A stretch of DNA of 64,000 nucleotides from Microcystaceae cyanobacterium (GCA_041746575.1 JBGTGT010000133.1:1-64000); one strand, 5' to 3'; counted from the stretch's first letter, positions 32,295-44,720 are shown. Notes: a model not told the origin generated them from the letters alone. Translations and numbers: made by a program.

Positions 32295-33761
32295 CTATTG
32301 ACAAAAACGCCGTTCTTTGTCAAATTCAGGGTCTTGCCAAGAAAAAGCAAAATGACTAATCGCACGCAGCTGGGGAAAGCTTGAACGAATTGCTTCCATT
32401 TGACTCTCCAAATTAGGACGATTATCGTAACTTTGTGACCATAACCCTGCAATCGCCGGAATAATCTTCACTTGACGCGGTGACATTTCCATCACCCGTT
32501 TCACTTGAGCCACAATACAACGACTATCCCGACAGACACCATAAGCCATTGGATGCCACTCCATCGAAGCCGGAAATTGATCCCACGCTTGTAAACGAGA
32601 ATCAAAGCCCCTTTCCCCCACTAATTGATTACCATCAGGAAAAAAGACCGCCCCTGACGGAATTCCGTATTTCTGAGCAGTTGAAGCCGCAAACGTCACA
32701 AAATCTACTACCCCTTGAGCGGCATGGGCAACCGCTAAAAACCAAATTTCTGTTTTTAAGCGATTGAGACGGCTGTTTAAAGGTTCTTTCTGCTCATTAG
32801 GCGGTGGGGTGCGTCCTTGCCACAGGGGAGAACCCTCTTTGGGATAAAGCTTATCCACCTCACTCACATCTTTGGCCGTAATATAACCTTGATTAAGATA
32901 ACGGGTTAATAAATCTCTTCCTTTTTGATTGACTGCCCGATTGAGGAATCTTTGACGGGAAGCCTCGCCGTAAATCCATAAATCCTTAACATTTCCCACC
33001 GCAGATTGGCTCCCTGTACCTCTCGGATAGCGAACGTAGTCAAACAAAATCCCATCCGGTCGTCGTTTTAAGATAGCATTGAGCAATTGAGCATAATCTG
33101 CCTTCGCTTGTGGGTGATAGGGGTCAATAAACGCCTGAGATTGGTCATGGACAAAGGATGTACTGTTTTCTCCCTTGCCATTACGCGCTAAAACACTTTG
33201 TTTTTCGGGTTTTCGACTGTAAACATAACCAAAGTTCAACGTAAAAACCCAAGCATAAACCTTTAAACCTCGTTCATGACCTTTTTGAATCACCTGAGCG
33301 AGCAAATCCGTCTTTTCGTGCCCTTCGCTACGTACCACGCTATCCCACACCGTCGGATTATCGGCTGGAGGCAGTAAGACCTGACTATCGGCAAAGGCTT
33401 CAACATAAACCCTATTATAACCCTTATTGACAATGCGATCTAAAGTCCGATCAATTGAAGCTGGACGTACATCACAGGGATAAAGACGTAACCATATCGC
33501 TTGCGTAGGATAAACCGAGCTTTGTCGGCAACGACGTAGAGATTCCCCATCTTCACGCACTAAGACTTGATATTCCTTTTGAGCATTCGTATTTCCTTTC
33601 AGAGAAGCTTCTAATAATTGGGCTTTTTGGGCGATCGCTTTTTCCTCTAATTGACAATAATCTCCTCTTGCGGCATCAGCAGAAGCGATTAAAGAATTTG
33701 GGCTAATAAAATAGATAATCAGGGCTAAAAAGCTGTTTAAAAGTCTCAATTGAACTTTCAT
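32295..33761 (-). CDS. Exported GHL10/DUF187 family glycosyl hydrolase-like protein
   Basis: Signal peptide; AIWL, GLKVYAW, FIDPYHPQA, DGILFDYVRYP and PMAY motifs. Confidence 0.8.
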   Translation of the reverse strand: MKVQLRLLNSFLALIIYFISPNSLIASADAARGDYCQLEEKAIAQKAQLLEASLKGNTNAQKEYQVLVREDGESLRRCRQSSVYPTQAIWLRLYPCDVRPASIDRTLDRIVNKGYNRVYVEAFADSQVLLPPADNPTVWDSVVRSEGHEKTDLLAQVIQKGHERGLKVYAWVFTLNFGYVYSRKPEKQSVLARNGKGENSTSFVHDQSQAFIDPYHPQAKADYAQLLNAILKRRPDGILFDYVRYPRGTGSQSAVGNVKDLWIYGEASRQRFLNRAVNQKGRDLLTRYLNQGYITAKDVSEVDKLYPKEGSPLWQGRTPPPNEQKEPLNSRLNRLKTEIWFLAVAHAAQGVVDFVTFAASTAQKYGIPSGAVFFPDGNQLVGERGFDSRLQAWDQFPASMEWHPMAYGVCRDSRCIVAQVKRVMEMSPRQVKIIPAIAGLWSQSYDNRPNLESQMEAIRSSFPQLRAISHFAFSWQDPEFDKERRFCQ

Positions 33762-33829
33762 TATCGTTATGGCTTAAATGATGAGGTTTAAGAGTCAAAC
33801 ATCAAAAGGATTGATTCCTAATTACGGCT

Positions 33830-35104
33830 TCAATCTTCCACTCTGCGCTTAATCGTTTCTTCCTTCGTCAAAAGTCCTTCCGCTTGAGCTAATAACGCTA
33901 AGGTATAGGATAATTTTTGGAGAGCATCGGGAGAATATTGGATTAAATTTGTCGGTTTTAAGAACGTTTCGATGCTAATCGTTGCCCCATGTCGCCAATG
34001 ACCGGATGCGGGGTAAATTAACGAAGATCCCCCTAAATAATCCCCAGTGGCTTTCGGTGTATTTTGTCCCAAAAAAATTGCCCTCGCTTGCTGAATTTTA
34101 TCCACCCAATCCCAAGGCTCAGCCACTGATAGTAACAGAAAATAAGGCTGAATTTCCTCGCTCCATTGAATCGCCGTCGTCAAAGAATCCACCACCACAA
34201 TTAAACCATAATGGGCTAAGGCTTTCTCTGTCAAAATACTCGAAGGAGAATCCGGCAGCCAATCCAAGATACGCTGTTGTACCCGTTGCGCTAACCCTAG
34301 GTCATCTGTCAGTAAAACCAAAGCAGAAGTCGGGTATTGTTCAGCTTGTGCAATCAAATCCGCCGCAATATAGCGATCTTTTGCTGTCCGATCAGCAATA
34401 ATCACCAAATCCGTCCTTTCTATCGGAGTGTCAATAGTAACCACCCCATTAACCAGCTTCTTTGCCAGTGTCACTTCCCAGTCGCCCGCTCCCGTAATCA
34501 CCTCAACCGGAGGAATTGTCTCCGTGCCATAGGCCAACGCAGCGATCGCCGCCGCACCGTCGATATGATAAATTTCTTGAATACCCACCTCTTGGGCGGC
34601 CACTAAGACGGCAAAATAATGGCTGTGTTTACTATCTAATGGGGTCACCATTATCCGTTGAGGAACCTTGGCAACCTGTGCTGGAATCGCTTGTGTCAAC
34701 AAAGATCCGACATTTTCGGCATAAAAACCGGCACGCTTCACTGGATGGTAACGCCGTCCTAATACCCCCTCATCCTCCGCAAAATGAACCCATGCTTTAG
34801 GAATCCGTTGTTGATAGAAAACCGCTAACTGACGACAACAACTGCGTAAGGCTTCCACTAATCCTTGAGGAATCTTCTGATAAGCCGCATCCAATTCTGT
34901 ACTACTAATACGAATGGGAGACACCCCCGCAGGCATCCCTTGATCCCCTTGTTGTTGAATTTTGAGCAAAATATCTTGTACCGTCGCCGTTTTTGCACGA
35001 AGATCAGCCTCATAAGCCATTTCTTCTTTGCCTAGCTTATGTGAATGGCGAATTCTTTGTAATTCCGCCCGTGCCTCCCTTGGCTGAATAATGATTCGCA
35101 GCAT
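33830..35104 (-). CDS. hisD: Histidinol dehydrogenase homologue, apparently catalytically degenerate
   Basis: HisD-like along its length (AIAALAYGTETIP.V..I.G, AADLIAQAE, IFLG..TP...GDY, AEGL), but the QAEH, PEHL and EGLxAH motifs are altered. Confidence 0.8.
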   Translation of the reverse strand: MLRIIIQPREARAELQRIRHSHKLGKEEMAYEADLRAKTATVQDILLKIQQQGDQGMPAGVSPIRISSTELDAAYQKIPQGLVEALRSCCRQLAVFYQQRIPKAWVHFAEDEGVLGRRYHPVKRAGFYAENVGSLLTQAIPAQVAKVPQRIMVTPLDSKHSHYFAVLVAAQEVGIQEIYHIDGAAAIAALAYGTETIPPVEVITGAGDWEVTLAKKLVNGVVTIDTPIERTDLVIIADRTAKDRYIAADLIAQAEQYPTSALVLLTDDLGLAQRVQQRILDWLPDSPSSILTEKALAHYGLIVVVDSLTTAIQWSEEIQPYFLLLSVAEPWDWVDKIQQARAIFLGQNTPKATGDYLGGSSLIYPASGHWRHGATISIETFLKPTNLIQYSPDALQKLSYTLALLAQAEGLLTKEETIKRRVED

Positions 35105-35319
35105 AGCCTTAGAACCCTGTGATTCCGATGGTTGGCAATGAGTTGCAAAACTCTCCTCTATAGCTTAACTTGGATTTCTGTGGAATCGCAGTTCCCCCCC
35201 CCATGGATATTCAATCAAGGAAAAATAGACCTTGTGCAAAAAAAGACAAGCCTGCTATAATAACGGATCGGACTCTATACAATTTAGGATAACTTAGTAA
35301 CCAAATTCGGGGAATCACA

Positions 35320-35616
35320 GTGGCGAATATCAAATCATCCATTAAACGCATCGAAATTGCAGAGCGTAATCGTCTGCGCAATAAATCCTACAAATCTGCC
35401 GTCAGAACCCTGATGAAAAAATACTTCATGGCGGTGGAAACCTATGGAGAAAACCCTTCAACGGAGCAAATGGCCGAAATTCAGCAACATCTAGCCACTG
35501 CTTATAGCAAAATTGACAAAGCGGTTAAAAGAGGCATATTTCATCGCAATAACGGCGCACGCAAAAAAGCCCGTCTGGCTAGAGCCTTAAAGCCCATCAC
35601 GGCAACCTCCGCTTAA
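35320..35616 (+). CDS. rpsT: 30S ribosomal protein S20
   Basis: [24 protein letters not shown]...[21 protein letters not shown]. Confidence 0.98.
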   Translation: MANIKSSIKRIEIAERNRLRNKSYKSAVRTLMKKYFMAVETYGENPSTEQMAEIQQHLATAYSKIDKAVKRGIFHRNNGARKKARLARALKPITATSA

Positions 35617-35728
35617 AATGAAGGGATCCTACCCTGTCCCCTAAACAGATCGGATGCCCATGGGGAATAATAATTCGTTAAAATCATAATGAGAACGATT
35701 CTCCGCCGTCTCATGCTCGCCATAGGAC

Positions 35729-36520
35729 ATGAAATTAATAGACACCCACGTCCATCTTAACTTCGACGTTTTTCAAGCCGATTTGGACGCTTTACAAGAG
35801 CGTTGGCAAAAAGCTGAAGTCGCACATTTGGTTCATTCCTGTGTCGCACCGCAAGAATTCCCCCAAATTCAGGCACTAGCTAATCGCTTTGCCGAACTTT
35901 CCTTCGCTGTCGGCCTACATCCCCTTGACGCTAACCAATGGACAGCCGAGATGGGGGATGAAATCCGCTCCTATGCGCAATCTGATTCGAGGGTCGTAGC
36001 GATTGGTGAAATAGGCTTAGACTTTTATAAGGCGGATAACGCGGCTTGGCAAAAAGAAGTCTTAGGATCTCAGTTGAAAATTGCTCATCAATTGGGTAAA
36101 CCGGTTATTATCCATTGTCGGGATGCGGCAGAGACCTTGAGAGATATTTTGCAACAATTTAGGCAAGATCAAGGTCAAATCAAAGGAGTGATGCACTGTT
36201 GGAGTGGCAGTCCCCAAGAAACTCAATGGTTTTTAGAGTTAGGATTTTATATTAGTTTTAGCGGCATTGTGACCTTTAAAAACGCCGAAACCGTGCAAAA
36301 ATCTGCCCAAATCGTCCCCAGCGATCGCTTACTGATCGAAACAGATTGCCCTTTTTTAGCCCCAACACCCAAACGAGGAAAACGCAATGAACCGTCCTTC
36401 GTGCGCTATGTGGCCGAGTTTTTGGCAGAATTACGAAGGGTTCCTTTAGAAAGCTTAGCTCAGCAAACCACCGAGAATGCGTGTCGACTGTTTCAGTTGG
36501 ACGTAAATAGTAATTTTTAA
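35729..36520 (+). CDS. tatD: TatD family deoxyribonuclease
   Basis: DTHVH, GLHP, GEIGLD, IIHCR, MHCW and ETDCPFLAP motifs. Confidence 0.95.
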   Translation: MKLIDTHVHLNFDVFQADLDALQERWQKAEVAHLVHSCVAPQEFPQIQALANRFAELSFAVGLHPLDANQWTAEMGDEIRSYAQSDSRVVAIGEIGLDFYKADNAAWQKEVLGSQLKIAHQLGKPVIIHCRDAAETLRDILQQFRQDQGQIKGVMHCWSGSPQETQWFLELGFYISFSGIVTFKNAETVQKSAQIVPSDRLLIETDCPFLAPTPKRGKRNEPSFVRYVAEFLAELRRVPLESLAQQTTENACRLFQLDVNSNF

Positions 36521-36581
36521 GTAGTAACCCCTTAATTCTCTCCATACTTCCCCTAAAACCCGTTACTTTATCACCCAAAAG

Positions 36582-39500
36582 ATGATTAATTCAACCTTTA
36601 CCCTCCTGCCCGATTTAATTGAAATTCAACGTTCTAGCTTTCGTTGGTTTTTAGAAGAAGGTTTAATCGAAGAACTCAACAGCTTTTCTCCTATTACGGA
36701 CTATACAGGCAAATTGGAACTTCATTTTCTAGGAGAGAACTACAAACTCAAAGAACCCAAATATGATGTGGACGAAGCCAAACGACGGGATGCTAGCTAC
36801 TCAGTGCAAATGTATGTTCCCACGCGTCTAATCAATAAAGAAACGGGCGAAATTAAGGAACAGGAGGTCTTTATCGGCGATCTACCCCTAATGACAGAAC
36901 GGGGGACGTTTATCATTAATGGGGCAGAACGGGTGATCGTTAATCAAATTGTGCGATCTCCCGGCGTTTATTACAAAGCCGAAACCGACAAAAATAATCG
37001 TCGGACGTATTCTGCCTCACTGATTCCCAACCGAGGGGCATGGTTAAAGTTTGAAACCGATAAAAACGACCTAGTTTGGGTGCGTATTGACAAAACCCGT
37101 AAATTATCGGCGCAGGTTCTCTTAAAAGCGATCGGTCTGAGTGACAACGAAATTTTAGATGCGCTACGCCATCCCGAATATTATCAAAAAACCCTAGATA
37201 AAGAAGGTAATCCCAGCGAAGAAGACGCTCTCCTAGAACTTTATCGCAAACTACGCCCCGGTGAGCCGCCTACGGTCAGTGGAGGACAACAACTGTTAGA
37301 ATCGCGCTTTTTTGACCCGAAACGCTATGATTTAGGCAGAGTTGGTCGCTATAAACTCAATAAAAAACTGCGGTTAAGTGTTCCCGATACCTTACGGGTA
37401 TTGACCCCCAACGATATTATGACCGCCATTGACTATCTCATTAACCTTGAATTCGATACAGGGACAGTAGATGACATTGACCACTTAGGAAACCGTCGCG
37501 TGCGCTCTGTTGGTGAATTATTGCAAAACCAAGTCAGAGTCGGCTTAAATCGCCTTGAACGGATTATTCGAGAGCGGATGACCGTTACCGAATCCGATGC
37601 CTTAACCCCAGCTTCCTTGGTCAACCCCAAACCCCTTGTTGCCGCCATCAAAGAATTTTTCGGGTCTTCCCAATTGTCTCAGTTTATGGATCAAACCAAT
37701 CCCTTAGCGGAATTGACCCACAAACGACGGATTTCTGCCCTTGGACCGGGCGGCTTAACCCGTGAACGGGCAGGCTTTGCCGTGCGAGATATTCATCCCT
37801 CCCACCACGGACGAATTTGCCCCGTAGAAACCCCAGAAGGACCCAATGCCGGGCTGATTGGTTCATTAGCCACCTTTGCACGGGTCAATCAATATGGCTT
37901 CATTGAAACCCCCTATTATAAAGTCGAAAATGGACGAATGCGGCGAGATATTCCTCCTGAATACTTAACGGCCGACGAAGAAGATGATTTGCGGGTTGCG
38001 CCGGGGGATGTCGGGACAGATGAAGAGGGAAATTTTCTCAGTGATTTAATTCCCATTCGCTATCGTCAGGAATTTTCGACGACAACCTCAGATCAAGTAG
38101 ATTATGTAGCCGTATCGCCGGTGCAGATTGTTTCAGTGGCAACCTCGTTAATTCCCTTCCTAGAACACGACGATGCGAACCGTGCTTTGATGGGATCGAA
38201 TATGCAACGTCAAGCCGTTCCCCTCCTACGTCCTGAAAGACCCTTAGTCGGGACGGGACTAGAAGCCCAAGCCGCGCGGGATTCAGGGATGGTGATTGTT
38301 TCACGAACTCACGGCGTCGTCACCTATGTGGATGCTGATTTAGTCAAAGTCAGTGTTTACGATTCAGAAACCAATCAGCCCATCGGACAAGAAATCGAAT
38401 ATGAACTGCAAAAATATCAGCGTTCTAACCAAGATACCTGTCTCAATCAACGTCCTCTGGTCTATCAAGGAGAAGAAGTCGTCCCTGGCCAAGTTCTAGC
38501 TGATGGTTCGGCCACCGAAGGGGGTGAATTAGCCCTAGGTCAAAACATCTTAGTGGCTTATATGCCTTGGGAAGGGTACAACTACGAAGATGCCATCTTA
38601 ATCAGTGAACGGCTAGTTTATGACGATACCTATACCACGATTCACATCGAAAAATTTGAAATTGAATCGCGTCAAACGAAACTTGGCCCCGAAGAGATTA
38701 CGCGAGAAATTCCCAATGTCGGCGAAGATTCCCTGCGCAATTTAGATGAAAATGGCATTATTCGCGTGGGCGCGTGGGTTGAATCGGGAGACATCTTAGT
38801 GGGCAAAGTAACACCCAAAGGAGAATCGGATCAACCCCCTGAAGAAAAGCTGTTGCGGGCAATTTTTGGAGAAAAAGCACGAGATGTGCGAGATAATTCC
38901 CTACGAGTTCCTAACGGCGAAAAAGGACGGGTGGTGGATGTACGGGTCTTCACTCGTGAAAAAGGCGACGAACTGCCTCCCGGTGCCAATATGGTGGTGC
39001 GGGTTTATGTCGCCCAAAAACGCAAAATTCAGGTTGGAGATAAAATGGCCGGCCGTCACGGCAATAAAGGAATTATTTCCCGCATTTTACCCATTGAGGA
39101 TATGCCTTATCTGCCCGATGGTCGTCCTGTAGATATCGTCTTAAATCCCCTGGGTGTACCGTCTCGGATGAACGTTGGACAAGTCTTTGAATGTCTGTTA
39201 GGCTGGGCTGGCGAAAACCTAGGCGTGCGCTTCAAAGTGACCCCTTTTGATGAAATGTATGGCGCGGAAGCCAGTCGGGAAACGGTACACGGCTTACTCG
39301 AAGACGCCACCAAAAAACCCAGCAAGGATTGGGTATTCGACGACAACCATCCCGGTAAAGTGCAAGTCTTTGACGGACGCACGGGAGAAGCCTTTGATCG
39401 CCCAGTAACGGTGGGCATGGCCTATATGTTGAAACTGGTTCACTTGGTGGATGATAAGATTCACGCCCGTTCTACTGGCCCTTACTCTTTGGTCACCCAA

Positions 39501-39887
39501 CAACCCCTAGGAGGTAAAGCCCAACAAGGGGGGCAACGCTTTGGTGAAATGGAGGTGTGGGCATTGGAAGCTTACGGGGCGGCTTATACCTTGCAAGAGT
39601 TACTTACCGTTAAATCCGACGATATGCAGGGACGAAATGAGGCGTTGAACGCTATTGTCAAAGGGAAGCCGATTCCGCGTCCGGGTACGCCTGAATCTTT
39701 CAAAGTCTTGATGCGAGAACTGCAATCTTTGGGTTTAGATATTGCCGTTCACAAAGTTGAAACCGAAGCAGACGGGAGTAGTCAAGATGTCGAGGTCGAT
39801 TTAATGATTGATACCCAACGACGCGCCCCTAGCCGTCCTACCTATGAATCCCTATCACAGGAAGACTTAGAAGAAGAAGAAGTGTAA
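36582..39887 (+). CDS. rpoB: RNA polymerase beta subunit
   Basis: 1101 aa; [29 protein letters not shown] and [14 protein letters not shown] motifs. Confidence 0.99.
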   Translation: MINSTFTLLPDLIEIQRSSFRWFLEEGLIEELNSFSPITDYTGKLELHFLGENYKLKEPKYDVDEAKRRDASYSVQMYVPTRLINKETGEIKEQEVFIGDLPLMTERGTFIINGAERVIVNQIVRSPGVYYKAETDKNNRRTYSASLIPNRGAWLKFETDKNDLVWVRIDKTRKLSAQVLLKAIGLSDNEILDALRHPEYYQKTLDKEGNPSEEDALLELYRKLRPGEPPTVSGGQQLLESRFFDPKRYDLGRVGRYKLNKKLRLSVPDTLRVLTPNDIMTAIDYLINLEFDTGTVDDIDHLGNRRVRSVGELLQNQVRVGLNRLERIIRERMTVTESDALTPASLVNPKPLVAAIKEFFGSSQLSQFMDQTNPLAELTHKRRISALGPGGLTRERAGFAVRDIHPSHHGRICPVETPEGPNAGLIGSLATFARVNQYGFIETPYYKVENGRMRRDIPPEYLTADEEDDLRVAPGDVGTDEEGNFLSDLIPIRYRQEFSTTTSDQVDYVAVSPVQIVSVATSLIPFLEHDDANRALMGSNMQRQAVPLLRPERPLVGTGLEAQAARDSGMVIVSRTHGVVTYVDADLVKVSVYDSETNQPIGQEIEYELQKYQRSNQDTCLNQRPLVYQGEEVVPGQVLADGSATEGGELALGQNILVAYMPWEGYNYEDAILISERLVYDDTYTTIHIEKFEIESRQTKLGPEEITREIPNVGEDSLRNLDENGIIRVGAWVESGDILVGKVTPKGESDQPPEEKLLRAIFGEKARDVRDNSLRVPNGEKGRVVDVRVFTREKGDELPPGANMVVRVYVAQKRKIQVGDKMAGRHGNKGIISRILPIEDMPYLPDGRPVDIVLNPLGVPSRMNVGQVFECLLGWAGENLGVRFKVTPFDEMYGAEASRETVHGLLEDATKKPSKDWVFDDNHPGKVQVFDGRTGEAFDRPVTVGMAYMLKLVHLVDDKIHARSTGPYSLVTQQPLGGKAQQGGQRFGEMEVWALEAYGAAYTLQELLTVKSDDMQGRNEALNAIVKGKPIPRPGTPESFKVLMRELQSLGLDIAVHKVETEADGSSQDVEVDLMIDTQRRAPSRPTYESLSQEDLEEEEV

Positions 39888-39990
39888 ATAGTGAATAGTT
39901 AATAGTTAAACAGAAATCATTCATTTTTAGCTATTAACTCCTAACTATTAACTCAAACTTTCTAACGCTCAACTATTAACTATCAACTCA
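39887..39990. repeat. Heptamer (AATAGT[G/T] / AACTATT) repeats in inverted arrangement in the rpoB-rpoC2 spacer
   Basis: AATAGTG AATAGTT AATAGTT followed by several (A)ACTATTAACT copies. Confidence 0.65.
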
Positions 39991-39991
39991 T

Positions 39992-42900
39992 ATGACTTTC
40001 TACAATCACATCGTTGACAAAGGCCATCTCAAAAAACTGATTGCTTGGGCGTATCGTCAATATGGTTCAGCCCGTTGTTCTCAAATGGCCGATAATCTTA
40101 AAGATTTAGGTTTTCGCTACGCGACCAAAGCGGGGGTATCCATCAGCATCGAAGATTTAACAATTCCGCCCATTAAACGGGAATTACTCGACCGTGCAGA
40201 GCAGGAAATCCGTGCCACCGAAGCCCGTTATGCCAAAGGAGAAATCACAGAAGTCGAACGGTTTCAAAAGGTTATTGATACATGGAATACGACCTCCGAA
40301 TCGCTTAAAGATGAAGTCGTTCGCAACTTTAAAGAGACAGACCCTCTGAATTCGGTATATATGATGGCCTTTTCGGGCGCAAGGGGAAATCTAAGCCAAG
40401 TGCGCCAATTGGTGGGAATGCGGGGCTTAATGGCCGATCCTCAAGGGGAAATTATTGATATTCCAATTAAAACCAATTTCAGAGAAGGGTTAACCGTCAC
40501 GGAATACGTCATTTCCTCCTACGGGGCGCGTAAAGGGTTAGTCGATACTGCCCTGAGAACCGCCGATTCGGGCTACTTAACCCGTCGTCTGGTGGATGTG
40601 GCACAGGATATGATCGTGCGGGAAATTGATTGTGGTACAACTCGCAGTGTAACGGTCACCCCAATGAAAGACGGCGATCGCACCTTAATTCCCTTAGGTG
40701 ATCGCTTAATGGGACGCTTATTAGCCGAGGATGTGGTCGCTAAAGGCGAAGTAATCGCCCGTCGCAATGACTGTATGGACGAAGCCCTTGCCAATAAAGT
40801 GGGAGCGGCAGTAGATTGGGTCAAAGTGCGATCTCCCCTGACCTGTGAAGCGGCGCGCTCAGTCTGCCAATGTTGCTACGGTTGGAGTTTAGCCCACGGT
40901 ACTCCGGTAGATATGGGAGAAGCGGTGGGGATTATTGCCGCCCAATCCATCGGTGAACCCGGAACCCAATTAACCATGCGGACTTTCCACACAGGAGGGG
41001 TCTTTACCGGGAAAGTTGCCGATATTGTCAAAGCTCCTAATGCCGGAACCGTGAAATGGAGCAAAGAACTGAGTACCCGCAAAACCCGAACCCGACACGG
41101 CGATGATGCAGAATTAGTGGAAATTGCTGGGGAAATTACATGGTCACCGTCAGGAAAAGGAAAGTCAAAATCCTATCCGCTAACCCCCGGTTCGCTAATT
41201 TTTGTAGCCAACGGGACAACCGTCGTGGCTGAGCAACTGTTAGCAGAAATTACCTCAGCCAAGGTACAGAAATCCACTGAACGGGCGACCAAAGACGTAA
41301 CCGCCGATCTCGCAGGGGAAATTATTTTCAGTGATTTTGTGCCAGAGGACAAAACGGATCGTCAAGGCAATATTACCCGCATTGCGCAGCGGGCAGGTTT
41401 ACTCTGGATTTTACAGGGAGATGTCTATAATCTACCGCCGGGAGCAGAACCCCTAGTGGAAAATGGGGATATGGTTGAAAACGGGTCAGTTTTAGCAAAA
41501 ACAAAGTTAGCCACCGCCAATGGGGGGGTCGTGCGTTGGGAAGAAGGGAGCCGAGAAATTGAGATTATTACTGCCTCGGTATTACTGGATCAAGCGAAGG
41601 TCAAACGAGAAGCCTTAGGCGGGCGGGATCAATATATTATTGAAACGGCCGATGAACAACGATTCCTACTCAAAGCGACCCCTGGGACGAAAGTGCAGAA
41701 CCATGCCATTGTGTCCGAATTGGCCGATCCCCGTTACCGAACCTTAACAGGGGGACTCCTGCGCTACGGTGGCGTTGAAGTGGCTAAAGGAAGCCGCAAA
41801 CAAGGGTATGAAGTGATTAAAGGGGGATCGTTGTTGTGGATTCCCGAAGAAACCCATGAGGTCAACAAAGATATTTCCTTGCTACTGGTAGAAGATGGCC
41901 AGTATGTTGAAGCCGGCACGGAAGTGGTGAAGGATATCTTCTGTCAATCCAGTGGCGTGGTTGAAGTGATCCAAAAGAACGACATTTTACGAGAAATTAT
42001 CCTTAAACAAGGGGATTATCACCTTGATGTCGATCCGGATTTACCGATTGAAGAGGGTCAATTAATTCAACCAGGGACAGAAGTATTACCCGATGTGACC
42101 GTTGAACAGTTAGTGCAGGCCGAATGGATTGAAAGTACCGAAGGATTAGGGTTACTCTTGCGCCCTGTTCAAGAATATTTGGTATCTGATGAACCTGCCG
42201 CCCCCTCTCAAGGCTCAATTAACGATGAAGGCGGACGGACGATTGAATTACGCTCGGTACAACGTCTCTTTTATAAAGACGGAGAACGGGTAAAATCCGT
42301 TGAAGGCTGTCAGTTATTGAGTACCCAATTGGTTTTAGAAATTCAAGGGGAAGAGCATGAAAGTATCGCCCATTTAACGGCAGATATTGAACTTCTCGAT
42401 GACGAAACAGAAGACTGTCAAAGGCTTCAGCTGGTCATCTTAGAATCACTGGTCTTACGGCGGGATATGGACACTGATCCCTATGGCGGATTGGTGCAAA
42501 CCAAAGTTCTGGTTACAGATGGACAGAAAATTCAAGCCGGTGATGAAGTGGCTAGAACGGAAATTCAAGCGACGGAAGCGGGTCAAGTACGCGGTATTAG
42601 GAGCGGTATTGAGTCAATTCGTCGGATTCTGGTAGTGCGGGATCTGGATAAAATGATGATTCCTGTTGCCGGTAAGCCGATTAAAGCCGTCAATGCCTAT
42701 GTTGTGGAAGGGGAAGCGATCGCCGATGGCGTGGTTGCCCCGGAATCGGGACGCATTGTGGCTATTCATCCTGCCGATAAAGGCTGTGAAGTCGAATTGC
42801 GCTTAGGTCGCCCCTACCGGGTGTCAGCCGGTGCCATTTTACATATTGATGACGGCGATCTGGTACAACGGGGGGATAATTTAGTTCTCTTGGTCTTTGA

Positions 42901-43909
42901 GCGGTCAAAAACAGGAGATATTATTCAAGGGTTGCCTCGGATTGAGGAATTATTGGAAGCTCGCAAACCGAAGGAAGCTTGTATTCTCGCTCGTAAATCG
43001 GGAACCTGTCAGGTGGAATATCAAGATGATGACTCGGTAGATATCAAAGTGATTGAAGCCGATAGCACAATCAGTGATTATCCTATTTTGCCGGGGCAAA
43101 GCTTACTGGTATCAGACGGACAAATGGTAAATGCGGCCGATCCTCTCACGGATGGACCTGCCAATCCCCACGAAATCCTCGAAATTTTCTTTAGCTATCA
43201 TCTGGATGAATTAGGTTGTTACGAAGCATCCCTCGTTGGATTAGAGAAAGCACAAAAATTCCTCGTCGATCAAGTACAAATGGTCTATCAATCCCAAGGT
43301 ATTGATATTGCCGATAAACACATTGAAGTGATTGTCCGCCAGATGACTAGCAAAGTTCGTATTGACGATGGCGGAGATACCACTATGTTACCCGGTGAAT
43401 TATTGGAATTACGCCAAGTAGAGCAGGTGAATGAAGCAATGTCCATTACGGGGGGTGCGCCAGCGCGTTACACTCCTGTATTATTGGGAATTACAAAAGC
43501 ATCCTTAAATACGGACAGCTTTATCAGTGCGGCCAGTTTCCAAGAAACCACTCGTGTCCTAACAGAAGCCGCCATTGAGGGCAAATCAGACTGGTTACGG
43601 GGCTTAAAGGAAAATGTGATCATTGGTCGTTTAATTCCGGCAGGCACAGGATTCCATGCTCAAGAGGACGCGATTACTGATAATGGAGAAGATAACAGTT
43701 ATCGCGATCGTTCCTATAATGCTGATCAGGAGCGAACGGTTGAAACTGGCAAATTTCCGCCTCGATTGGGCTTGAATGAAGATGAGGATATGATCCTCGA
43801 TGATAATATCGCTCGTGCTTACACTGAGGCAGATTTGGGGTCAGAATTTGAGCCGACTTCGGATGTTGATGACGAGGATGGGGACGATTTTGACGATTAT
43901 GATGAATAA
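39992..43909 (+). CDS. rpoC2: RNA polymerase beta'' subunit (RpoC2)
   Basis: 1305 aa; [44 protein letters not shown], the large cyanobacterial SI3 insertion, and [17 protein letters not shown]. Confidence 0.99.
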   Translation: MTFYNHIVDKGHLKKLIAWAYRQYGSARCSQMADNLKDLGFRYATKAGVSISIEDLTIPPIKRELLDRAEQEIRATEARYAKGEITEVERFQKVIDTWNTTSESLKDEVVRNFKETDPLNSVYMMAFSGARGNLSQVRQLVGMRGLMADPQGEIIDIPIKTNFREGLTVTEYVISSYGARKGLVDTALRTADSGYLTRRLVDVAQDMIVREIDCGTTRSVTVTPMKDGDRTLIPLGDRLMGRLLAEDVVAKGEVIARRNDCMDEALANKVGAAVDWVKVRSPLTCEAARSVCQCCYGWSLAHGTPVDMGEAVGIIAAQSIGEPGTQLTMRTFHTGGVFTGKVADIVKAPNAGTVKWSKELSTRKTRTRHGDDAELVEIAGEITWSPSGKGKSKSYPLTPGSLIFVANGTTVVAEQLLAEITSAKVQKSTERATKDVTADLAGEIIFSDFVPEDKTDRQGNITRIAQRAGLLWILQGDVYNLPPGAEPLVENGDMVENGSVLAKTKLATANGGVVRWEEGSREIEIITASVLLDQAKVKREALGGRDQYIIETADEQRFLLKATPGTKVQNHAIVSELADPRYRTLTGGLLRYGGVEVAKGSRKQGYEVIKGGSLLWIPEETHEVNKDISLLLVEDGQYVEAGTEVVKDIFCQSSGVVEVIQKNDILREIILKQGDYHLDVDPDLPIEEGQLIQPGTEVLPDVTVEQLVQAEWIESTEGLGLLLRPVQEYLVSDEPAAPSQGSINDEGGRTIELRSVQRLFYKDGERVKSVEGCQLLSTQLVLEIQGEEHESIAHLTADIELLDDETEDCQRLQLVILESLVLRRDMDTDPYGGLVQTKVLVTDGQKIQAGDEVARTEIQATEAGQVRGIRSGIESIRRILVVRDLDKMMIPVAGKPIKAVNAYVVEGEAIADGVVAPESGRIVAIHPADKGCEVELRLGRPYRVSAGAILHIDDGDLVQRGDNLVLLVFERSKTGDIIQGLPRIEELLEARKPKEACILARKSGTCQVEYQDDDSVDIKVIEADSTISDYPILPGQSLLVSDGQMVNAADPLTDGPANPHEILEIFFSYHLDELGCYEASLVGLEKAQKFLVDQVQMVYQSQGIDIADKHIEVIVRQMTSKVRIDDGGDTTMLPGELLELRQVEQVNEAMSITGGAPARYTPVLLGITKASLNTDSFISAASFQETTRVLTEAAIEGKSDWLRGLKENVIIGRLIPAGTGFHAQEDAITDNGEDNSYRDRSYNADQERTVETGKFPPRLGLNEDEDMILDDNIARAYTEADLGSEFEPTSDVDDEDGDDFDDYDE

Positions 43910-43931
43910 TCTTTGATGGATTTAGGGTAAC

Positions 43932-43977
43932 AGAGGGTCAGAAGATTTCAACCAATCATTCTTGCCCTCTTTTTTTA
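43932..43977 (+). terminator. Intrinsic terminator after rpoC2
   Basis: AGAGGG(T)CAGAA...TTCTTGCCCTCT hairpin followed by a T-run. Confidence 0.6.
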
Positions 43978-44042
43978 TTGACGGAGTTGGATACAAAGGT
44001 TAATACTCAATTCGATTTACATATTTATTATGAAAAATAATT

Positions 44043-44270
44043 TATACCAATTTAAATAGGGGCTACAACAGATAGGGCATCCAAGATGAAGGAATAACCA
44101 GTGAGGGAAGCAACTATTTCGGCGTTAACTCACCGATAAGTTCATCTACTTTGGTTTGTAGTTGCTCTAAGATCTTGAAAGAAGCCCACTTAAGATCCGT
44201 CTTGAGATGTTCCCATAACCGCTCAATCGAATTCAATTCAGGACAGTAAGGCGGATTTAGTATTACTACT
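44043..44270 (-). mobile_element. IS630-family transposase 3' remnant with element end
   Basis: PPYCPELNSIERLWEHLK (IS630 PxYSPELNPIE motif). Frameshifted tail IVASLTGYSFILDALSVVAPI* followed by ATTGGTATA, a TA-ended terminus. Confidence 0.85.
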
Positions 44271-44400
44271 GACCCTGACACCATACCAGATAATTCTACT
44301 TCTTTTGTCATGACTAATCTCACGGCAACAACTAGCCAGATAAAAAAATATGCTTGTAATCTTTATGGATTAAGAATATGGGTTGAATATGGTTTCCGAC

Positions 44401-44528
44401 AATGTCAGTAAGCCAAAACAATATCAGGCGATAGATGATGCTATTCGCACCGCTCAATTTATCCGTAATAAATGTTTAAGGCATTGATGGATAACAAAGG
44501 TGTGAGTAAATATGATTTATCAAAATAC
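44401..44528 (+). pseudogene. tnpB: IS200/IS605 TnpB N-terminal fragment
   Basis: KPKQYQAIDDAIRTAQFIRNKCLRH[frameshift]MDNKGVSKYDLSKY matches the N-terminus of common cyanobacterial TnpBs as I recall it. No RuvC part present. Confidence 0.75.
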
Positions 44529-44624
44529 GGACTGATGGTTATTACTGCCAATCTGTTCTTTTTCGTGAAGTAAAAGGCGAATATAAAAGTCAACAAAGAG
44601 CGTTAACTAAAGGAGATAACAATG

Positions 44625-44720
44625 GGAATTTATTAGAAAAGAACCAGCCGAGGCATGAGAGAATTAAAACCGTGGTTTCTTCTCTCTAATTTACCCAATT
44701 TAGCTGAGACAATTAATATC
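44625..44720 (+). pseudogene. Possible IS4-family transposase fragment
   Basis: GIY*KRTSRGMRELKPWFLLSNLPNLAETINI resembles the YWKR...EPW.LLTNL segment of cyanobacterial IS4 transposases. Confidence 0.5.

Noticed and set aside
36582..43909. Inteins or unusual insertions in RpoB/RpoC2
   Set aside because: Lengths and motifs are normal; the large RpoC2 insert is the standard cyanobacterial SI3 domain.
44114..44323. Functional 69-aa gene or active IS630
   Set aside because: Only the last transposase motif is present; the ORF N-terminus is unrelated sequence and the tail is frameshifted.
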